From positions 11,554-75,553 of the forward strand of contig JAYWEM010000001.1 in NCBI GenBank assembly GCA_043779265.1: a stretch of DNA of 64,000 bases, given 5' to 3'. The position numbers and the translations under genes were made by a program. This DNA comes from a bacterium. Lineage in GTDB: Bacteria > Eisenbacteria > RBG-16-71-46. The notes below the pieces were generated by a model that had not been told where the DNA came from, ran no database searches, and worked only from the letters and a program-made list of their open reading frames with translations. Below, piece after piece: positions 37,060 to 45,859 of this stretch (within the stretch, counting starts at the first letter, position 1; each line of letters begins with the position of its first letter).

Positions 37060-38723
37060 GAGCGCGGCATCTTCTCGCGAGCTTGTCGATAACGGCGCTC
37101 ACGATGGGCCCGGTCGCCTTCTCGCAAGCGGCCACCATCGTCATCATCAACAATGACGGTGCCGGAGAGGGGTTCAACGATCCGACGCCTGTTGCACCCA
37201 TCGGCGGCAATTCCGGGACCACGCTGGGGCAGCAGCGGCTCAATCTGTTCAACCATGCGGCGAGCCTGTGGGGCGCCATGCTCGACAGTCCGGTCACGAT
37301 CCAGGTGCGGGCGCAGATGAATCCACAGACCTGCACGCCGACCAGTGCCGTACTCGGGAGCGCGGGGCCGGTCACGGTCCACGCCAGCTTCCCAGGCGCG
37401 ATCGTCACCGGGGCCTGGTACCACCAGGCGCTCGCGAACAAGCTCACGGGATCGGACCTGGATGGTGTGAATCCCGACATCAACACGACGTTCAACTCGG
37501 ATGTCGACAACCCCACGTGCCTGGGGACCCGCAACTGGTATTACGGGTTCGATCACAACGAGGGCATCCACATCGACTTCCTGCCCGTGTTGATGCACGA
37601 GCTGGGACACGGTCTCGGCTTCAGCACGACGACCAGCAGCTCGACGGGCAACTTCATCTCCGGACTGCCCGCGATCTGGGACCATTACCTGATGGACAAG
37701 ACCTCGGGACTGTTGTGGAAGGACATGTCCGCGGTGCAGCGCCAGGCCTCCGCGATCAACACCGGCAACCTGGTGTGGACGGGGCCGGCGGTGCGCTTCA
37801 AGGCCCCGCTCGTGCTCGTACGTGCGGCGCAGTTGTCGGTGTCCGCACCGGGCGGGATCGCCGGAACCTATGAGGCCGGGCTCGCCAGCTTCGGTGCGGC
37901 GCTGACCGACGCGGGGCTTTCGGGTCAGGTCGTGCTCGTGGACGATGGCTTGGTGCCGACCGGCGAGGGCTGCGAGTCGCCGTTCGTCAATGCCGGTGCC
38001 GTCGCCGGCAACATCGCGCTGATCGACCGCGGCACGTGCGCTTTCACGCTCAAGGTGCTCAATGCCCAGAATGCTGGCGCGATCGGTGTGATCATCGCCA
38101 ACAACACGTCGGGCGCTGCAGCGCCGACGGGTACCGACCCCGCGATCACGATCCCCGTGCTCGGCATCTCGCAGGCCGACGGCAACCTGCTCAAGGCGAA
38201 TCTCGGCGCCGGCGTGCAGGCCACGCTGCGGCTCCACCCGAGCCAGCGTGCGGGAACGCACCCGGATGGTGAGATGCGCATGTTCTCGCCCAACCCGGTG
38301 CAGAGCGGCTCGAGTGTGTCGCACTTCGATGTGACCTCGACACCGAACCTGCTCATGGAGCCCTCGATCAACGCCGATCTGACGGCCGCGATCGACCTGA
38401 CCCGCGAGCTGTTCGAGGACATCGGCTGGTATCCGGCCACGACGGGTGTGCCCACGACGGCACCGGGCACGATCGCGCTGGCGGCGGGCCCCAACCCGGC
38501 CGGCCGCGACGTCACGGTCCGATTCGCACTCGATCGCGATGCGACCGTGGAGGTCAGCGTGCTGGACGTGGCGGGGCGCGAGGTCGCGAAGTTGCACCGC
38601 GGTCGCCTCGGTGCCGGCCCGCATGTGATGGCGTGGGATGCGCGGGTCGCCCCCGGCGTCTACCGCGTCCGCCTGCGTGCGGATCGGGCGGTCAGCACGC
38701 GCAGCATCGTCCGAGTCGACTGA
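37056..38723 (+). CDS. secreted zinc metalloprotease with PA domain and C-terminal sorting-type domain
   Basis: Signal peptide. 'HELGHGLGF' (HExxH). PA domain ('IALIDRGTCAFTLKVLNAQNAGAIGVIIANN'). C-terminal tail 'VSVLDVAGREVAKL...GVYRVRLRA...RSIVRVD'. Confidence 0.75.
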   Translation: MRARHLLASLSITALTMGPVAFSQAATIVIINNDGAGEGFNDPTPVAPIGGNSGTTLGQQRLNLFNHAASLWGAMLDSPVTIQVRAQMNPQTCTPTSAVLGSAGPVTVHASFPGAIVTGAWYHQALANKLTGSDLDGVNPDINTTFNSDVDNPTCLGTRNWYYGFDHNEGIHIDFLPVLMHELGHGLGFSTTTSSSTGNFISGLPAIWDHYLMDKTSGLLWKDMSAVQRQASAINTGNLVWTGPAVRFKAPLVLVRAAQLSVSAPGGIAGTYEAGLASFGAALTDAGLSGQVVLVDDGLVPTGEGCESPFVNAGAVAGNIALIDRGTCAFTLKVLNAQNAGAIGVIIANNTSGAAAPTGTDPAITIPVLGISQADGNLLKANLGAGVQATLRLHPSQRAGTHPDGEMRMFSPNPVQSGSSVSHFDVTSTPNLLMEPSINADLTAAIDLTRELFEDIGWYPATTGVPTTAPGTIALAAGPNPAGRDVTVRFALDRDATVEVSVLDVAGREVAKLHRGRLGAGPHVMAWDARVAPGVYRVRLRADRAVSTRSIVRVD

Positions 38724-38741
38724 CCCGAGGCGCGGAGACGA

Positions 38742-38778
38742 CCGAGGCCCCGCAGCGCTCAGCGCCGCGGGGCCTCGG
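38742..38778. terminator. long GC hairpin between the convergent protease and CheY genes
   Basis: CCGAGGCCCCGCAGCGCT-c-AGCGCCGCGGGGCCTCGG, an ~18-bp stem with one mismatch. Coordinates approximate. Confidence 0.5.
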
Positions 38779-38795
38779 TCATGATGGAATCGGCG

Positions 38796-39209
38796 TCAAC
38801 CGTCGGTGCCGGTCGCAGCCTCGGGGGGCGCATCGGCCGCCGGGCGCGCGGCGTTCATCAGTTCCTGGATCTTGCGGGTCAGGATGTCGGGCGTGAACGG
38901 CTTGACCACGAAGCCGCTGACGCCGGCGCGCGTCGCCTCGGACATGTCGTCCTTGATGTGGCGGGCGGTGACGAGCAGGACGGGGATGTGGACCAGGGCC
39001 GGATCCTGGCGGATCTTGCGGACCAGATCGACGCCGGACATGCCCGGCATGTTCCAGTCGGTCATGATCAACGCGAGATCCGCAGTGCATTGGGTGATCG
39101 CGGCTTCGGCGTCGGCAGCCTCGAGCACGGTCTCGAACCCCATCTGCTTGAGACTGTTGACGAGGATGCGCCTCGTCAGCGACGAGTCATCCACGACCAG
39201 GCACTTCAT
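38796..39209 (-). CDS. single-domain CheY-like response regulator
   Basis: 'KCLVVDDSSLTRRIL...LIMTDWNMPGMSG...LLVTA...K' gives the receiver-domain Asp pocket and the conserved Thr/Lys. Confidence 0.85.
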   Translation of the reverse strand: MKCLVVDDSSLTRRILVNSLKQMGFETVLEAADAEAAITQCTADLALIMTDWNMPGMSGVDLVRKIRQDPALVHIPVLLVTARHIKDDMSEATRAGVSGFVVKPFTPDILTRKIQELMNAARPAADAPPEAATGTDG

Positions 39210-39237
39210 CGCGCCATCCCCCTCGATCGAACCGGAC

Positions 39238-39546
39238 TCAGATGTCGCTCGCGATGCGGAGGAGCACTTCGTCGATGACTTCGGGCTTGTCGTAGTCGCC
39301 TCGGGCGATCCGCTCGGAGATGCCGTGGAGACGTCCCTCGTCCAACTCGCCGTGCGGAATGCTCTCGGGTCCCGCGTGCGTCTGCAGCAGACGAGCGGGG
39401 GTCGAGATCTGCACCTCGTCGTTGCGAGTCGGGGCTCCGCTGGCGCCTGCGGTGCGCTCCGGCTTGGAGCCGGTGCGCGTGGGAACGTCCTCGCGCGTGC
39501 GGTCGATGCGCGAGGAAGGTCCGGGCGTAGTGGGTCGGATGGTCAT
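39238..39546 (-). CDS. flgM: putative anti-sigma-28 factor FlgM
   Basis: 102-aa protein whose C-terminus 'LHGISERIARGDYDKPEVIDEVLLRIASDI' resembles the conserved FlgM sigma-28-binding helix. Lies inside a longer 247-aa track ORF whose remainder is not protein-like. Confidence 0.5.
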   Translation of the reverse strand: MTIRPTTPGPSSRIDRTREDVPTRTGSKPERTAGASGAPTRNDEVQISTPARLLQTHAGPESIPHGELDEGRLHGISERIARGDYDKPEVIDEVLLRIASDI

Positions 39547-39700
39547 GATCCCCTCGTTGCGTGGTCCCGGCTGGAGGGCGGAGCGCCACTCGGTTCGCCG
39601 GATGCCGTGGGGGACGAATCCCCCTCGGCTCGCTTCCAGTATCGGAAGGTCCTTGCGCCGACTTGAGTGTGTCCCTTGCAGAATGCGCTCCGGCGGGGGC

Positions 39701-40105
39701 TCACGCGGCCGCTTCCGAGCTCGCCGGCTCGGAGCTGCGCGTGGACAGCCCGTCGGCGAGCTGGCGATTGATGCCGACCAGGGCCTGGATCCCCTCGCGA
39801 TTCGGCTCGGACAACAACGCGAACGTCCGCCGGTCGACGAATCGCGAGAGCTGCAGCAGATTGACGCGCAAGGAGCGGGGCAGCGAGCACTCGGGCGATA
39901 CCCACTCGCCCTGGAAGAACGTCCACAGGCGCTGATTGTGCCGCAGCGCCTGGGATAACTGCTCCTCGCAGCCGGGCTCACCCCAGATGCGCTGGCAGTC
40001 CTCCAACTGGCGCGCCGCCCGGCTCAGGGCAGCCGCTTCGAGTTCCCTCCCGGACGAAGCCGTGCGGGACCCGGAGTCATACGCGCGGCGTGGGCCGTTG
40101 AACAT
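39701..40105 (-). CDS. flaF: flagellin synthesis regulator FlaF-like
   Basis: 'NQRLWTFF...LPRSLRVNLLQLSRFV' parallels Caulobacter FlaF 'NRRVWSAL...LPESLRASIISIAIWV', recalled from memory. Confidence 0.6.
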   Translation of the reverse strand: MFNGPRRAYDSGSRTASSGRELEAAALSRAARQLEDCQRIWGEPGCEEQLSQALRHNQRLWTFFQGEWVSPECSLPRSLRVNLLQLSRFVDRRTFALLSEPNREGIQALVGINRQLADGLSTRSSEPASSEAAA

Positions 40106-40484
40106 GCTCGAGAAGCTCCTTCTCGTGGGCCATCAGGTCGCGGCCCAGTTTGAGCGCGTGGTAGTAGCGTCCCTCTTCGACGCACTTGTCGATCGGTTCG
40201 AGGTATCGGCGAGAGCTGGGGCTGGCATCCAGCACATCTTCGACCAACAGCCGGTAGCTGCGCTCGTGGGACTCGCGCCGCTGCGGGTCGACGTACATCA
40301 ACTGGATGGAGAGCACGATGTGCTCGCACGGGCTCTGCACCGCCGCAGGACTGAGGATGTCACTCCCGCGCAGCACCGGGACCTCGGTCTCCACGAAGAG
40401 CTCGGCCCGGTTGCGACCGTTGGTGAGGACCGCACCGCCGATGATCGCGCGTTCCTGCGGTTTGAGTGTGAGACGGAGCGCCAT
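40077..40484 (-). CDS. flbT: flagellin post-transcriptional regulator FlbT-like
   Basis: 'MALRLTLKPQERAIIGGAVLTNGRNRAELFVE' resembles the FlbT N-terminus ('MALKLSLKPGEK..LNGAV..NG'), recalled from memory. Overlaps flaF by 29 nt. Confidence 0.6.
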   Translation of the reverse strand: MALRLTLKPQERAIIGGAVLTNGRNRAELFVETEVPVLRGSDILSPAAVQSPCEHIVLSIQLMYVDPQRRESHERSYRLLVEDVLDASPSSRRYLEPIDKCVEEGRYYHALKLGRDLMAHEKELLEHVQRPTPRV

Positions 40485-40665
40485 GGGGTTCCTGTCGTCA
40501 GACGTCGGTGTCTTTGTCCCGGATGCGTCATGCATCCTTCGGCGGGCACCGGTGGCGGGGGAGGCTTCTGGTCCCCCGTTCACCGGCCCGCGTTTTCTTA
40601 CGTTTCAAGGCCAGCCTGCGCCGGAGTCGGTTCCGCCGATCCGGACGCCTGCGGGCCCGCCTCGG

Positions 40666-41481
40666 CTAGAAAAGCCGGAGAACGGACTGCTGCGCCTGCG
40701 ATGAGAGCTGCAGAGCGACGACGCCAAGCTGCTGACGCGTCTGCAGGGCGAGCATGTTCGCACCCTCTTCGTTCGAGTCCGCCGCCGTGAGCATGTCCGC
40801 GCCCTCGGTCAGCGTGTTGATCATCTCGGTGGTGAACTCCTGACGCGTGGTCACGACGCCGTTGCTGGACGACAGCGTCTTGGCCTGTGTACGGAGCTCG
40901 GTCAGTGCGGCGTCGAGGTCCGAGACGGCACCGTCGACATCCGCGTCCGCAGCCCAGGAGTTGGCAGCTGCGTCGATCGCCAGATCGCCGGCGACCGTGG
41001 CATCGAAGCCCGAGATCGTCAGCGCCGAGGATCCGTCCTCGTTGAACTCCACCGTCAGGTCGTCGCCGTCCAGGAAGTTCGTGCCCTTGTAGCCGGAGTC
41101 GGTCGCAAGGTTGTCGATCTGGGTGCGCAGCGCGTCGAACTGGGTCGCGAGCGTCGCACGGTCGGCAGTCGACGCCGAACGGGCGGAAGCTGCGAGACCC
41201 TTCATCTGCTCGACGATCTTGGTGATCGCCTCGATACCCTTGAGCGACGCCTTCACCGTCTGGATCGCCTCACCCATCGTGTCCTTGCGGGCCGCGAGGT
41301 CCTGGGCACGGTTGGTGTGGTTCTGGGCGGCGAAGTAGGCCGCCGCGTCATCGACGGCGGAGTTGACGCGCTTGCCGGTGGCCAGACGCGTCGTCGTGCG
41401 GCCCTGCAGGGCTGCCGTCATCTGCAGCTGGATCAGGTTGCCACGCATTCCGCCCGACAGGTTGATGTCATTGATCGCCAT
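40666..41481 (-). CDS. flagellin (271 aa, alphaproteobacterial-type short flagellin)
   Basis: N-terminal 'MAINDINLSGGMRGNLIQLQ...LATGKRVNSAVDDAAAY' and C-terminal 'LALQTRQQLGVVALQLSSQAQQSVLRLF' are the conserved flagellin D0/D1 segments. Confidence 0.9.
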   Translation of the reverse strand: MAINDINLSGGMRGNLIQLQMTAALQGRTTTRLATGKRVNSAVDDAAAYFAAQNHTNRAQDLAARKDTMGEAIQTVKASLKGIEAITKIVEQMKGLAASARSASTADRATLATQFDALRTQIDNLATDSGYKGTNFLDGDDLTVEFNEDGSSALTISGFDATVAGDLAIDAAANSWAADADVDGAVSDLDAALTELRTQAKTLSSSNGVVTTRQEFTTEMINTLTEGADMLTAADSNEEGANMLALQTRQQLGVVALQLSSQAQQSVLRLF

Positions 41482-41787
41482 GGTGAAACGGTCCCCTTCT
41501 CGGGATCTGGAGGTTGTCATCCCGGCTTCTGCCTGGCGGTCGACGCTTCGGCCGACAGACAGGAGTCTCGGCTGACCATTCCCCGGCTTGAGACCACGCC
41601 AAGCGAGATTCGCTGGCCTGGGTGCGATGCCCCACGCTTCGGCGGCCGAGTCGGGAGCGGATCGGGACGACAACAGACCAGCGGGCGGGTGCATGCCGCA
41701 CCCGGCCCGCTGGCCGTGACCTCCGTGTCGCTCCGATGGCGGCGGGCGGATCCTCCGCCCTCGTCGCCTCCGGTTCCCGGTGTTCGA

Positions 41788-42603
41788 CTAGAAGAGTCGG
41801 AGCACCGACTGCTGCGCCTGCGAGGAGAGCTGCAGGGCGACGACGCCGAGCTGCTGACGCGTCTGCAGGGCGAGCATGTTGGCGCCCTCCTCGTTCGAAT
41901 CCGCCGCCGTGAGCATGTCGGCGCCCTCGGTCAACGTGTTGATCATCTCGGTCGTGAACTCCTGCCGTGTCGTCACGACGCCATTGCTCGAGGAGAGCGT
42001 CTTGGCCTGCGTGCGCAGCTCGGTCAAAGCGGCATCCATCTCACCGATGGCGACGTCGACATCGGTGTCCGCCACCCATGCGTTGGCGGCTCCGGCGATG
42101 GCGAGATCGCCGCCGACCGTGGCATCGAAGCCCGAGATCGTCAGCGCCGAGGTTCCATCCTCGTTGAACTCCACCGTCAGAGTGTCCGCGCTCAGGAAGT
42201 TCGTGCCCTTGTAACCGGAATCGGCCGCCAGGTTGTCGATCTGCTCGCGCAGCGCATCGAACTGGGTCGCCAGCGTGGCGCGGTCGTTCGCGGTGGCCGA
42301 GCGTGCGGAGGCCGCGAGGCCCTTCATCTGCTCGATCAGGCGCGAGATGCCCTCGATGCCCTTGAGCGAGGCCTTCACGGTCTGGATCGCCTCGCCCATC
42401 GAGTCCTTGCGGGCGGCCAGATCACTGGCGCGGTTCTGGTGGTTCTGGGCGGCGAAGTACGCCGACGCATCGTCCACCGCGGAGTTCACGCGCTTGCCCG
42501 TCGCGAGGCGGGTCGTGGTGCGGCCCTGCAGTGCGGCCACCATCTGCAGCTGGATCAGGTTGCCACGCATGCCGCCGGACAGGGTGATGTCGTTGATCGC
42601 CAT
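41788..42603 (-). CDS. flagellin paralog (271 aa)
   Basis: About 90% identical to the downstream flagellin. Termini are identical at protein level and the centre differs. The DNA carries many synonymous differences. Confidence 0.9.
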   Translation of the reverse strand: MAINDITLSGGMRGNLIQLQMVAALQGRTTTRLATGKRVNSAVDDASAYFAAQNHQNRASDLAARKDSMGEAIQTVKASLKGIEGISRLIEQMKGLAASARSATANDRATLATQFDALREQIDNLAADSGYKGTNFLSADTLTVEFNEDGTSALTISGFDATVGGDLAIAGAANAWVADTDVDVAIGEMDAALTELRTQAKTLSSSNGVVTTRQEFTTEMINTLTEGADMLTAADSNEEGANMLALQTRQQLGVVALQLSSQAQQSVLRLF

Positions 42604-42888
42604 GACTCGAACTCCCTTCTGGAGTGCTGTTCTCGCCCTCGGCATTCTGCCGGGGCGCGTGTTTCACACGCTGGGCCCTACTCTCGGCAGAGTGGGGCCG
42701 GGCTGAAGGGGGGGATGTGCTGGATCGCGCGATGGCTCGTGCGGATCGCGGACGGCACCCGCAAATGGCGGCAAGTGCGTCGTGCGGCTCGGCGCGATGC
42801 ATGGCGCTGAGCGGGACGAGCAGGGATAGGCGAAGCGCCGCGACCCCTTTCGGGAGCCGCGGCGCCTGATGCCTGCCTCAGCCGTGGA

Positions 42889-43755
42889 TCAGCGCAGGTA
42901 TTCGGTCAGTGTCGCCTGCATGACACGACCGATGGTGGCATAGGCTCGCTCGAGCGCCGCCTGCTCCTGCTGCAGGCGCACGATGGCCTCCGCCGGATCG
43001 ACGCTCACCAAGGCGTCCCGCCGCTCGAGCAGGAAGGACTGGATGCGGGCCAACCGAAGTCCACCATCCTGGATCTCCTTCAGGCGCGAGCCGGTCTCGG
43101 CCTGTGCCCGCATCACGGTCTGGGTCGAACTCTCGAGGTCGACCGAGACAGTTCGGATGTCCGCCTGAGTGCCGCTCTGGAGCGCGGTGATCAGGTCGTC
43201 CATCGCCGCCATCGCACCGCCGAACAGGGCGCCGCCCTCGTGGTTGACCGTCACGCCGACGCCATCGCCCACGGTGACGCTGCGCGAGGCGCTGTCCCCG
43301 ACGTACGTTCCGTCCGCCCGGAAGGGCGGCGTGGTCGTCTGCGCCCCTCCGAAGAGGTACTCGTTCCCGACCCGGGTGTTGCCGAGCGAGACCAGTTGGG
43401 CCTTGAGTTGTTGGACGGCCGAGAGCGCCGCCAATCGCTGCGGGTCGGTGGGGTCGTTGCCGGTCGTCGTCGCCGCCAGATTCTTGGCTTCCCGGAGGGC
43501 GGCGAGGACACTGGAGAGCGAGATGTCCTCGGCCGATAACCGCGTCGTCGCGAAAGTTCCGTTGCGGCGGTATTGTTCGATGTCCCGGGCCTGTGCCTCC
43601 AGGCGCATCATCTGGGAAGCGTCGATCGGATCGTCGGAGATCGAACGGACTCGGCGTCCTGTTGCAGCTTCGGAAGCAGCACGTTCCAGCGCTTGAAGCC
43701 GGCCGCGAAGGCCGGAGGTCAGACTGCGCTGGATCATCTGATTGGTGATCCGCAT
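42889..43755 (-). CDS. flgL: flagellar hook-associated protein 3
   Basis: 'MRITNQMIQRSLTSGLRGRLQALERA' is the FlgL/flagellin-like N-terminal helix. C-terminal 'RLQQEQAALERAYATIGRVMQATLTEYL'. Start taken at the ATG of 'MRITNQ'. Confidence 0.8.
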   Translation of the reverse strand: MRITNQMIQRSLTSGLRGRLQALERAASEAATGRRVRSISDDPIDASQMMRLEAQARDIEQYRRNGTFATTRLSAEDISLSSVLAALREAKNLAATTTGNDPTDPQRLAALSAVQQLKAQLVSLGNTRVGNEYLFGGAQTTTPPFRADGTYVGDSASRSVTVGDGVGVTVNHEGGALFGGAMAAMDDLITALQSGTQADIRTVSVDLESSTQTVMRAQAETGSRLKEIQDGGLRLARIQSFLLERRDALVSVDPAEAIVRLQQEQAALERAYATIGRVMQATLTEYLR

Positions 43756-43891
43756 GGAACCCCCTCGTCGGTGCGGGTCTGAGAGCAGTATCGGAAACGC
43801 ATGGAAGCGGCTTGAGCTTCGACTGCCCGACCGGGCGGCGAGCTCGGGCTTCACGGTCCCTCCCCGCTCGCGGGAGGTCCGACGAGGGGAC

Positions 43892-45253
43892 ATGTCCAAC
43901 ATCCTGTGCATTGACGACGAACCATCGGTCGGCGTGGTGCTGGAACACCACCTGGCTGAGATCGGGCACACGCCGGTTCTCGCCACTTCAGTCGCCGAGG
44001 CCCTAGAAGCGCTCGCGCGGCAGTCCTTCGACCTCATCATCTCGGACTACCGCATGCCGCAGGCGAGTGGACTCGACCTGCTCGAGACGCTCCGCCAGCA
44101 GGGCATCGATGTTCCGGTGATCATCATGACGGGCTATTCCAGCGTCGAGCACGCCGTGCTCTCGATGCGCCATGGGGCGGTGGACTACCTCACCAAGCCG
44201 CTGCGCCAGGAGGCCGTGCGACTGGCGGTCAAGAACGCCATCGAGATGGCCCGGCTCAAGCGCGAGAACGACCAGTTCCGCCGTGAGATCGTCTCCCTGC
44301 GCGGGCGGCGCACGATCGTCGGGAGCTCCGCCGCGCTGCGATCGGTCCTCGACATGGTCGCCGCGGTCGCGCCGACTCGAGCCGCCGTCCTTCTGGAAGG
44401 CGAGTCGGGGACGGGCAAGGAGTTGATCGCCCGAGCCGTGCACGAGCAGAGCCCGCGCCGCGAACAGCCGTTCGTCACGGTCAACTGCGCCGCGCTTCCC
44501 GAGGGCCTGGTCGAGAGCACGCTGTTCGGCCACGAGCGAGGAGCGTTCACGGGCGCGACCCAGCGTCAGGCGGGCGCGTTCGAGCGAGCGCATCGCGGCA
44601 CGCTGCTTCTGGACGAAGTCTCCGAGATGCGCCTCGATCTGCAGGCGAAACTGCTGCGGGCGCTCCAGGAGCAGGAGTTCGAGCGCGTCGGCGGGGGCAC
44701 CACCGTCCGAGTGGATGTCCGTGTCGTGGCCACCACCAACCGCGACCTCGCTGCCGAGGTCGCCGCCGGACGTTTCCGCCAGGACCTCTACTATCGGTTG
44801 AATGTGATGCCGATCCGGACGCCGCCGCTGCGCGATCGTCCCGAGGACCTGCCGGTGCTGGTGCAGCATTTCGTCGAGACGTTCTCCGCCGAACTGGGAG
44901 TGAAGGCCCCGGTGGTGCCCGACGCGACGATGAAGTCGATCTCGGAACGGAAGTGGCCGGGCAACGTGCGCGAGCTGGCCAATGCCATCGAGCGCGCGAT
45001 CATCCTCTCGCGCGGAGGCCCGCTCGTCCCCTCGCTGGTCGGCGTGATGACGGCGATGCGCCCGGAGCCCACCGTGACCGCCGCGTCGCCGGCGGCCCTC
45101 CCAGCCCTGGATCTCGGCGAACTCGAGCGCATCGCCATCGAACAGGCCCTCGCCCATACCGGTGGCCACCGTACCCGAGCGGCCGAACTGCTCGGCATCA
45201 GCGAGCGGACCCTGCGCAACAAGCTGAACGCGCCTCCGGCCGCCGTCGCCTGA
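43892..45253 (+). CDS. sigma-54-dependent response regulator (NtrC family; FlbD/FleR-like flagellar activator)
   Basis: Receiver ('ILCIDDEP...LIISDYRMP'), AAA+ sigma54-interaction domain ('GESGTGKE', 'GAFTGA', 'ATTNRDL') and a C-terminal HTH ('ELLGISERTLRNKL'). Confidence 0.85.
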   Translation: MSNILCIDDEPSVGVVLEHHLAEIGHTPVLATSVAEALEALARQSFDLIISDYRMPQASGLDLLETLRQQGIDVPVIIMTGYSSVEHAVLSMRHGAVDYLTKPLRQEAVRLAVKNAIEMARLKRENDQFRREIVSLRGRRTIVGSSAALRSVLDMVAAVAPTRAAVLLEGESGTGKELIARAVHEQSPRREQPFVTVNCAALPEGLVESTLFGHERGAFTGATQRQAGAFERAHRGTLLLDEVSEMRLDLQAKLLRALQEQEFERVGGGTTVRVDVRVVATTNRDLAAEVAAGRFRQDLYYRLNVMPIRTPPLRDRPEDLPVLVQHFVETFSAELGVKAPVVPDATMKSISERKWPGNVRELANAIERAIILSRGGPLVPSLVGVMTAMRPEPTVTAASPAALPALDLGELERIAIEQALAHTGGHRTRAAELLGISERTLRNKLNAPPAAVA

Positions 45254-45462
45254 TCCTCGGACATGCCGGATCGTCTCCTCTGCCGCGCTCGGTCTTCCGC
45301 CGGGCGCGGCAGAGTCTTCCGGAAGGACCTGCCGCTCGTGAGCCGTTGCGGCACCGAGGCGAGGCTGTCGATCCGCTGAGGCGGTGAACCGCGGATCCCC
45401 CAACCGCCGCACTCGCGCGCATTTCGCAGCTTGCTCGGCACTCGCGCGAAACTCCGCGGGGA

Positions 45463-45478
45463 TACGGCATCGGCCTTG
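45463..45478 (+). promoter_or_regulatory. candidate sigma-54 (-24/-12) promoter upstream of flgB
   Basis: cGGCAT-cggcc-TTGCA compared with the consensus TGGCAC-N5-TTGCW, with correct spacing and two mismatches; ~35 nt upstream of the flgB ATG. A CTTCCGGAAG palindrome sits ~140 bp further upstream. Confidence 0.3.
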
Positions 45479-45513
45479 CAGAGGCCCCTCCGGCCATCTT
45501 CGAGGGGGGAGCC

Positions 45514-45813
45514 ATGATCAAGGGTCTGTTCGGAGCGGGAAGTCTGAGTTCGATGCTGCGGGGAGGTCTCGAGGAGACCACTGCGACGCATCGCACGATC
45601 GCCGCCAGGGTCTCGGGCGCGCTGGCGTCCAGCACCAGCACCGATTTCGCGTCGGCACTCGATGCCCAGACGTCGCAACAGCGCTTGAGCGAAGTCGACC
45701 TCGAGCGCGAGATGGTGGCGCTCGCCGATACGCAGCTCCGATTCGAAGCCGATGCCAAGCTGCTCACCGAGGCCTACTCGCGCCTCCGCACGGCGATCCG
45801 CGACCGTGGCTGA
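45514..45813 (+). CDS. flgB: flagellar basal-body rod protein FlgB
   Basis: 99 aa with C-terminal 'EVDLEREMVALADTQLRFEADAKLLTEAYSRLRTAI', the FlgB rod-protein heptad region. First gene of the plus-strand flagellar operon; SD GAGGGGGGA lies upstream. Confidence 0.65.
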   Translation: MIKGLFGAGSLSSMLRGGLEETTATHRTIAARVSGALASSTSTDFASALDAQTSQQRLSEVDLEREMVALADTQLRFEADAKLLTEAYSRLRTAIRDRG

Positions 45814-45859
45814 GCCGATCGGACGATTCACCCAGTGGCCGCGGCCGGTGCGGCAGTTG

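Noticed and set aside
39238-39981. 247-aa minus-strand ORF treated as one gene
   Set aside because: Only the C-terminal 102 aa (from the ATG at 39546) look protein-like (FlgM-like). The N-terminal part is Arg/Ser/Cys-rich noise and overlaps flaF on the same strand in another frame.
42604-42888. Sigma-54 promoter for the flagellin genes
   Set aside because: The GGCAGAA(T)GCCG elements upstream of both flagellins do not place GG and GC at the -24/-12 spacing. They are reported only as a conserved UTR motif, together with a sigma-28-like -10 candidate.
43756-43891. Sigma-54-like TGGAAG-cggc-TTGA upstream of the sigma-54 activator gene
   Set aside because: The spacing is N4 rather than N5, and the -12 element is TTGA rather than TTGC. 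It is not reported as a promoter.
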